From NCBI RefSeq assembly GCF_900105015.1, contig NZ_FNLK01000013.1, positions 1 to 20,964 of the forward strand: a stretch of DNA of 20,964 nucleotides. Direction: 5' to 3'. The first letter of the stretch is position 1; every line of letters starts with the position of its first letter. This DNA comes from Schaalia meyeri. GTDB taxonomy: Bacteria > Actinomycetota > Actinomycetes > Actinomycetales > Actinomycetaceae. The notes beneath the pieces are model-generated. The model saw only the letters and a list, made by a program, of their open reading frames with translations. It had not been told where the DNA came from and searched no databases. Shown piece after piece: positions 16,296-20,964 of the stretch. The position numbers were made by a program, and so were the translations under genes.

Positions 16296-17291
16296 CTATA
16301 GGTGAGAGCTGGCCCGGATGACCAGCTCGGGATCGATGATGATGTCCTGGGAGGGGCCGCCAGCCATCAGAGAGCACACCAGGCGGACCGCCGTGCGCCC
16401 CAGGCGGTCAAAGGGCTGACGAATCGTGGTGAGCGGGGGCGCATAGGAATCGGCGCCGTCGATGTCATCGAAACCGACCACGCGCACGTCACGCGGCACC
16501 ACTCCCCCTCGCTCGTAGATGTAGCGCATCGCGCCCAGGGCCAGCTGGTCGTTCGCCGTCTGGATCCCCTCGGGCAGTCGGCCCGCCGCACGCATCACGT
16601 CGTAGCCGTCGCGCGAGTCCCACGAGTCGGGCTGCAGCACCACCGGGGTCACCCCGTAGCTCTCGCAGGCCTGTTCGTAGCCTCGCCTGCGCATCTGCGC
16701 GTCCGACCAGCCCATGGGCCCCGAGATATGAACGACGTCGGTCAGCCCCTGAGCGAGGAGATGCTCGGTGGCCAAAGATGCCCCGCGCACGTTGTCCACC
16801 GCGACCGTCGAAATGCCGTCCAGCCCCTTCTCGCTGGTTAGCACGAGCACGGTCGGAAAGCGCCCCCCGGCTTCGAGCACGACGTCAATCGTCGGATCCT
16901 GGCCGCCCAGAATAATGACACCGTCCACGTCGAAGGGGGCGAAGTCGTTCCTCAAACGGCCGTCGGGTCCGTACGCGTAGGACAGGGACACGTGGTAGCC
17001 CGCCTGCGCGGAAGCGTTGAGGATCGACAGGAGGACGCGCCCGTGCCCGTGGAACATGGGGGCGGCCAACACGACCTGCAACACGTCGGTGCGTTTCGCA
17101 GCCAGCGCGCGCGCCGCGTAGTTGGGCACGTATCCCAGCTCTTCGACGAGTTTAGCGATGCGAGCACGCGTCTTTTCGGAAACCTCCGGGTCGCCGCGCA
17201 CGACGCGCGACACCGTATTGGTTGACACGCCGGCCTGCCGCGCGATGTCGGCCAGCGAGACCTTCTTAGGCGCGGGGCGGGACGTGGACAT
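16296..17291 (-). CDS. LacI/GalR-family transcriptional regulator, 331 aa
   Basis: Contains the N-terminal HTH VSLADIARQAGVSTNTVSRVVRG and the hinge YVPNYAARALA, followed by a periplasmic-binding-protein-like sugar-binding core. Start is the ATG at 17291. The 39 upstream codons in the ORF track lie inside the kinase gene. The gene overlaps the 3' end of the kinase gene by 26 nt. Confidence 0.9.
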   Translation of the reverse strand: MSTSRPAPKKVSLADIARQAGVSTNTVSRVVRGDPEVSEKTRARIAKLVEELGYVPNYAARALAAKRTDVLQVVLAAPMFHGHGRVLLSILNASAQAGYHVSLSYAYGPDGRLRNDFAPFDVDGVIILGGQDPTIDVVLEAGGRFPTVLVLTSEKGLDGISTVAVDNVRGASLATEHLLAQGLTDVVHISGPMGWSDAQMRRRGYEQACESYGVTPVVLQPDSWDSRDGYDVMRAAGRLPEGIQTANDQLALGAMRYIYERGGVVPRDVRVVGFDDIDGADSYAPPLTTIRQPFDRLGRTAVRLVCSLMAGGPSQDIIIDPELVIRASSHL

Positions 17292-18675
17292 GGGTCGATG
17301 CGCTCGCAGCGATGACGGCGGACCGCTCTCCTTGGGCCAGGGCACCAATCGTCTCCAGCTGCGCCAGGAGGGAACCGAAGGTCGATGCCTCGATGGGACC
17401 GGCCACAACGGTGACGCCCGCGAGCTTCGCGGTCAGGTCACACAGCAGATGGTTGCGAGCGCCACCACCGACCAGGTTGAGCTGGTCGGGGGCTGCGCCC
17501 GTCGCCTGCGTCAGCTCGCCGATCGCGCGCGCGTAGCGACGGGCAAAGGATTCGATGATGACGCGCACGTATGCCGCCATCGAGTCGGGTCGAGCCGCCC
17601 CCTGCGCGTCCAGTGCCGCGTCGATCTTGCGCTGCATGTCGCCCGGGGTAGCGAAGGCCTCCTCGTCGGGGTTGAAGGTGCCCGAGGCAGGGGGCAGCGC
17701 GCGGGCCTGCGCGACCAACTCGTCGGTGTCCGTGGGAGTGCCCTCGCGCTCCCACTGGCGCTGGATCTCCTGGAGAATCCACATGCCGGTGATGTTGAAG
17801 AGGGGGCGCACGCCCCCGTCGGTGCGTCCCTCGTTGGTGATGCCGAGCTCGAAGGCCGCGTCGCCCGTGAGGGGCGCGTCCTCGATGGCCCCCAGGACCG
17901 ACCAGGATCCGCAAGAGAGGAAGTAGGCGCGTTTACCTTCTTCGATGGGCAGGCCGTGGACCGCGCACGCGGAGTCGTGGGCGCCCCCTCGCACGACGGT
18001 GAGCGCCTCCAGGCCCGGCACTGTGCAGGGGCCGACGACGGTGCGGTCGGCGTCCAGGGACCCGAACCAGGCGCGCGGTATGCCCAGGCGGTTAAAAACC
18101 TGGTCGTTAAAGTCTGCGCCTCCCGGCGTCAGTAGGCCGGACGTGGAGGCAATCGTGCGGGACCAGCCAACCACGCCGGTCAGGCGGTAGGTGAAGTAGT
18201 CGGGCAGAAACAGGGCAGAGCGCACACGCTGGGCATCCCCCGGATTCTCCTGCAGGAAGGCGAAGAGCTGGTTCGCCGTGTTGATCGTCGCCGGCTGATT
18301 GCCCGTCATGTCAAAGAACTCGCGGTCACCGACGCGCACCCTGAAGGCCTCCAGGGTGCGGGAGGTACGTTCATCGCGGTACGCCACGACGTCGCCGACC
18401 AGGTTTCCGTCCTCGTCCAGGGGCGCCCAGTCGACGCCCCACGTGTCGATGGAAACGGTGCGGGCGTCGGGGAAATGCGCGAGCGCCTTCTTCAAACCAA
18501 CGATAGTCTCGGCCTCCATCGTCGCCACGTCCCACGTCAGGGTTCCGTCTTTGCGGCGCCGGGCCTGATGCTTAAAGCGGTAAATGTCGGTGACGTCCAG
18601 GCGTCCGTCGTGAAGCGTTCCGGCCAGGACTCGTCCGGAAGCGGATCCAAGGTCAACAGCAAGTACAGTGGTCAT
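17266..18675 (-). CDS. FGGY-family carbohydrate kinase, rhamnulokinase (RhaB)-like; probably L-fuculokinase by context, 469 aa
   Basis: Aligns by eye with E. coli RhaB. Matching segments are AVDLGSASGRV, TWDV, SIDTWGVDWAPLD, VAYRDERT, LPDYFTYRLTG, LSCGSWSVLG, ITNEG, NITGMWILQE, LVGGGARN and AGPIEAST. An AGGAGA SD lies 7 nt upstream. The gene sits immediately downstream of fucI. Confidence 0.9.
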   Translation of the reverse strand: MTTVLAVDLGSASGRVLAGTLHDGRLDVTDIYRFKHQARRRKDGTLTWDVATMEAETIVGLKKALAHFPDARTVSIDTWGVDWAPLDEDGNLVGDVVAYRDERTSRTLEAFRVRVGDREFFDMTGNQPATINTANQLFAFLQENPGDAQRVRSALFLPDYFTYRLTGVVGWSRTIASTSGLLTPGGADFNDQVFNRLGIPRAWFGSLDADRTVVGPCTVPGLEALTVVRGGAHDSACAVHGLPIEEGKRAYFLSCGSWSVLGAIEDAPLTGDAAFELGITNEGRTDGGVRPLFNITGMWILQEIQRQWEREGTPTDTDELVAQARALPPASGTFNPDEEAFATPGDMQRKIDAALDAQGAARPDSMAAYVRVIIESFARRYARAIGELTQATGAAPDQLNLVGGGARNHLLCDLTAKLAGVTVVAGPIEASTFGSLLAQLETIGALAQGERSAVIAASASTHVHVPPRA

Positions 18676-18787
18676 TGAAGGTCTCCTGTGGTGTGCCCTC
18701 GCTCGGCGTTTCCCATCGGTGGGCGGTGTGCGGCTTCCGTATCACCGAGACCGGGGCCTCGGTGAGGGAGTAGGCCGTGCGGGTGGA

Positions 18788-18830
18788 CCCGTTCGGGCTC
18801 AGGCGAAGAAGACACCCGAGCCCGAACGGG
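18788..18830 (-). terminator. Perfect 13-bp hairpin 7 nt after the fucI stop (partial terminator or RNA-stability element)
   Basis: CCCGTTCGGGCTC (18788-18800) pairs with GAGCCCGAACGGG (18818-18830), with a 17-nt loop. No U-tail is present. It lies in the 162-nt fucI-kinase spacer. Confidence 0.5.
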
Positions 18831-18837
18831 AATTGTT

Positions 18838-20601
18838 TCAGCGGTACATCGGGCCGAAGTTCTGGCAGGCACGGAAGTCCGCGCCCTCCAGGGATTCGGT
18901 GCCGAACGACGACCACGCCTTTGGCCGGAAGACGCGCTCCTCGGGCACGTTGTGCATGTTGACCGGAATGCGCAGCATGGACGCCAGGGTGATCAGCTGA
19001 CCACCGATGTGGCCGTAGGAGATCGCGCCGTGGTTCGCTCCCCAGTTGTTCATCACGTCGTAAACGCTCTTGAACGCCCCCTCGCCCGTGAGGTTCGGGA
19101 CGAACCAGGTCGTGGGCCATTCGATGTTCGTGCGCGCCTCGATCGTGTAGGCAACCTCGTCGGGCAGCTCCACGGAGTAACCCTCGGCGATCTGCATGAC
19201 CGGTCCCAGGCCCCGCACCAGGTTAATGCGGCACATGGTCAGGGGCATCTCGCCGGAGGTGCGGAAGTGCGTGGAGAAGCCACCGCCGCGGAAGTAGCCG
19301 GTCGAAGCCGGGTGGAAGGTCGTGGCCCCCAGCGTGGCCTCACGGTCCTCCTCGGTGAGTTCGTACCAGGGCTTAATGACGGGCTTGCCGTCGCGCATCG
19401 CCTTACCGGCGCCGTCAAGCGTGGTCGAACCGGAGTTGCGCAGGTCGAGCAGGCCCGCGGCTGCGCGGCCCTGCGGCTTCCAACCCGTCGCCTTCTCGAT
19501 GGCCTCCGGGCTCCAGTAGGTGCGCACGTCGGAGAAGATCTGCGGCGTGTTGGTCAGCAGGTACCCAAACAGCATGGACGCGCCGTTGAGCGAATCGTTC
19601 TCCGTGGCGACCACGGAGGGCTGACGGATCCCGGTCCAGTCGAAGTTCGTGTTCAGGATCGTTTCCATCACGTCGCCGTTGGGGAAGTGGTCCGTCCACT
19701 GGCGCTGGCCCTGGAAGCCCGCGGCGATGGCGCCGTGGCCACCTGCCTCCTCCTCGAAGCCCAGCTCAGCCAGGCGCGGGTTGCCGTGCATGAGGTCCCG
19801 TCCGATGAGCGTCATCTTCGTGACGAACTTCCACCAATCCTCGTGCTTGTCCGGGAACTGCCACTCCGGCGGGTTCCAGTCCTTGCCCTGGGTGAAGTTC
19901 TCACGGATCCACGTGTACGCCCGCTCGTACTCCTCGGGGTCGTAGATGCCCTCGTCGATGCGGCGCGTGAACTCGCTCATGTCGATGTATTCGTTGCGCA
20001 TGCCCAGGTACGAGCCGAAGAAGTCGGGGTCGACGACGGAGCCCGCGATGCCCATCGACACCGAGCCCATGGACAGGTAGGACTGGCCCTTCATCTGGGC
20101 GACGGCCAGGCCGGCGGTCGCGTAGTCCAACAGGCGCGTGCGCACTTCCTCGGGGATCGAGGTGTCGTCGGCATCCTGCACGTGCTCGCCGTAGATTCCA
20201 AACGCGGGGATGCCGATCTGGGCGTGGCCGGCCAGCGCGGCGGCCAGGTAGACGGCGCCCGGGCGCTCCGTGCCGTTGAAGCCCCAGATGGCGTGCGGCA
20301 TCGCCGGATCCATGTCCGTGGTCTCCGTGCCGTAGCACCAGCACGGGGTGACCGTGAGGGTCAGCCCGACGTTGTTGGCCCTGAACTTGGTGGCGCAGGC
20401 CTGCGCCTCGTGGACGCGTCCGATCGTCGTGTCCGCAATAACGACCTCGACGGGGCTGCCATCCGGGTAGCGCAGCGTGGAGGTGTAGAGGTCGGCAACG
20501 GACTTCGCCATGTTCATGGTCTGTTCTTCGAGTGACTCGCGTACGCCCTTGCGGCGGCCGTCAATCACGGGGCGGATTCCGATGCGGGGGTATTCTGTCA
20601 T
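18838..20601 (-). CDS. fucI: L-fucose isomerase, 587 aa
   Basis: Near-colinear match by eye to E. coli FucI. Matching segments are [114 protein letters not shown] and the C-terminal [19 protein letters not shown] is present. Confidence 0.96.
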   Translation of the reverse strand: MTEYPRIGIRPVIDGRRKGVRESLEEQTMNMAKSVADLYTSTLRYPDGSPVEVVIADTTIGRVHEAQACATKFRANNVGLTLTVTPCWCYGTETTDMDPAMPHAIWGFNGTERPGAVYLAAALAGHAQIGIPAFGIYGEHVQDADDTSIPEEVRTRLLDYATAGLAVAQMKGQSYLSMGSVSMGIAGSVVDPDFFGSYLGMRNEYIDMSEFTRRIDEGIYDPEEYERAYTWIRENFTQGKDWNPPEWQFPDKHEDWWKFVTKMTLIGRDLMHGNPRLAELGFEEEAGGHGAIAAGFQGQRQWTDHFPNGDVMETILNTNFDWTGIRQPSVVATENDSLNGASMLFGYLLTNTPQIFSDVRTYWSPEAIEKATGWKPQGRAAAGLLDLRNSGSTTLDGAGKAMRDGKPVIKPWYELTEEDREATLGATTFHPASTGYFRGGGFSTHFRTSGEMPLTMCRINLVRGLGPVMQIAEGYSVELPDEVAYTIEARTNIEWPTTWFVPNLTGEGAFKSVYDVMNNWGANHGAISYGHIGGQLITLASMLRIPVNMHNVPEERVFRPKAWSSFGTESLEGADFRACQNFGPMYR

Positions 20602-20690
20602 TATTCCTTCATCCCTCTTGAAGATGTCGATGTCGGAGCGCGGGGGTTCTCACCCCCTCGGATCCTTCGGTTTACTGAAGTGCCGGGTCC

Positions 20691-20725
20691 GCGGGTCCCA
20701 CCCGCTCACGCTGGGTGGGACCCGC
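20691..20725 (-). terminator. Perfect 13-bp hairpin downstream of the ABC substrate-binding protein gene
   Basis: GCGGGTCCCACCC (20691-20703) pairs with GGGTGGGACCCGC (20713-20725), with a 9-nt loop. It lies 64 nt after the TGA at 20789-20791. No U-tail is present. Confidence 0.5.
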
Positions 20726-20788
20726 CGCGGGCCGCCGACGTCGATCTGCTTCGCCGGCCCCGGCCTGGTGCCCTATGGAGCTATCGGC

Positions 20789-20964
20789 TCACTCGTAGAG
20801 GTTCGCCTTGATCGCGGCGTTGTCGATGTTGGACTTGTCGTACCACGCGTAGCCCGAGTCGATGACCTTGGGCAGCTCGCCCTTGTTGATCGCGACGACG
20901 GCAGCCTTGACCGTGTAGTAGCCGATCTTGACGGGCGACTGGGTGACGGCGCCGGCCTCCGTGC
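20789..20964 (-). CDS. Sugar ABC transporter substrate-binding protein (RbsB/PBP1-like), C-terminal 57 codons only; gene continues past the right edge
   Basis: It is absent from the ORF track because it is truncated and short. My manual translation of the minus strand gives ...TEAGAVTQSPVKIGYYTVKAAVVAINKGELPKVIDSGYAWYDKSNIDNAAIKANLYE*. This has the typical C-terminal pattern of type-I periplasmic sugar-binding proteins. Location upstream of fucI suggests a fucose or related sugar transporter. Confidence 0.5.
   Translation of the reverse strand, partial: TEAGAVTQSPVKIGYYTVKAAVVAINKGELPKVIDSGYAWYDKSNIDNAAIKANLYE

Overview
GC-rich actinobacterial chromosomal segment. The 16S sequence reads like Actinomycetaceae (Actinomyces/Schaalia type), which I cannot confirm without a database search. 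All genes except one transporter are on the minus strand.

(1) Positions 1-3540: partial rRNA operon on the minus strand. It holds the 5' ~1.26 kb of 23S, a tRNA-free ITS of about 400 nt, a complete 16S, and a long leader with a candidate promoter and BoxA-like boxes. Every ORF-track entry in this stretch is spurious.

(2) Positions 3770-5263 (+): alanine/glycine:cation symporter gene, followed by a bidirectional terminator hairpin.

(3) Positions 5337-15606 (-): the most interesting part. A DeoR-headed gene string encodes E2 lipoyl-acyltransferase, E3 dihydrolipoyl dehydrogenase and a single-polypeptide fused E1 alpha-beta. Two perfect GC hairpins follow, then a PHP-family phosphoesterase, an SrlD-type (sorbitol-6-P dehydrogenase-like) SDR with an N-terminal extension, and an oversized Zn-MDR dehydrogenase with what looks like a duplicated Rossmann region. 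I cannot map this combination, or its E2-E3-E1 order, to a textbook pathway. I flag it as a candidate uncharacterised sugar-phosphate / alpha-hydroxyketone cleavage system.

(4) Positions 15855-20964 (-): L-fucose locus. It contains the 3' end of a sugar ABC substrate-binding protein gene, fucI, a RhaB-family ketohexokinase, an embedded LacI regulator that overlaps the kinase gene by 26 nt, and fucU. No fuculose-phosphate aldolase or lactaldehyde enzyme lies in the window.

I see no mobile elements, CRISPR arrays, tRNAs or obvious pseudogenes. The long plus-strand ORFs antisense to the real genes are high-GC artefacts. All functional calls rest on motif recognition in the supplied translations, not on searches.
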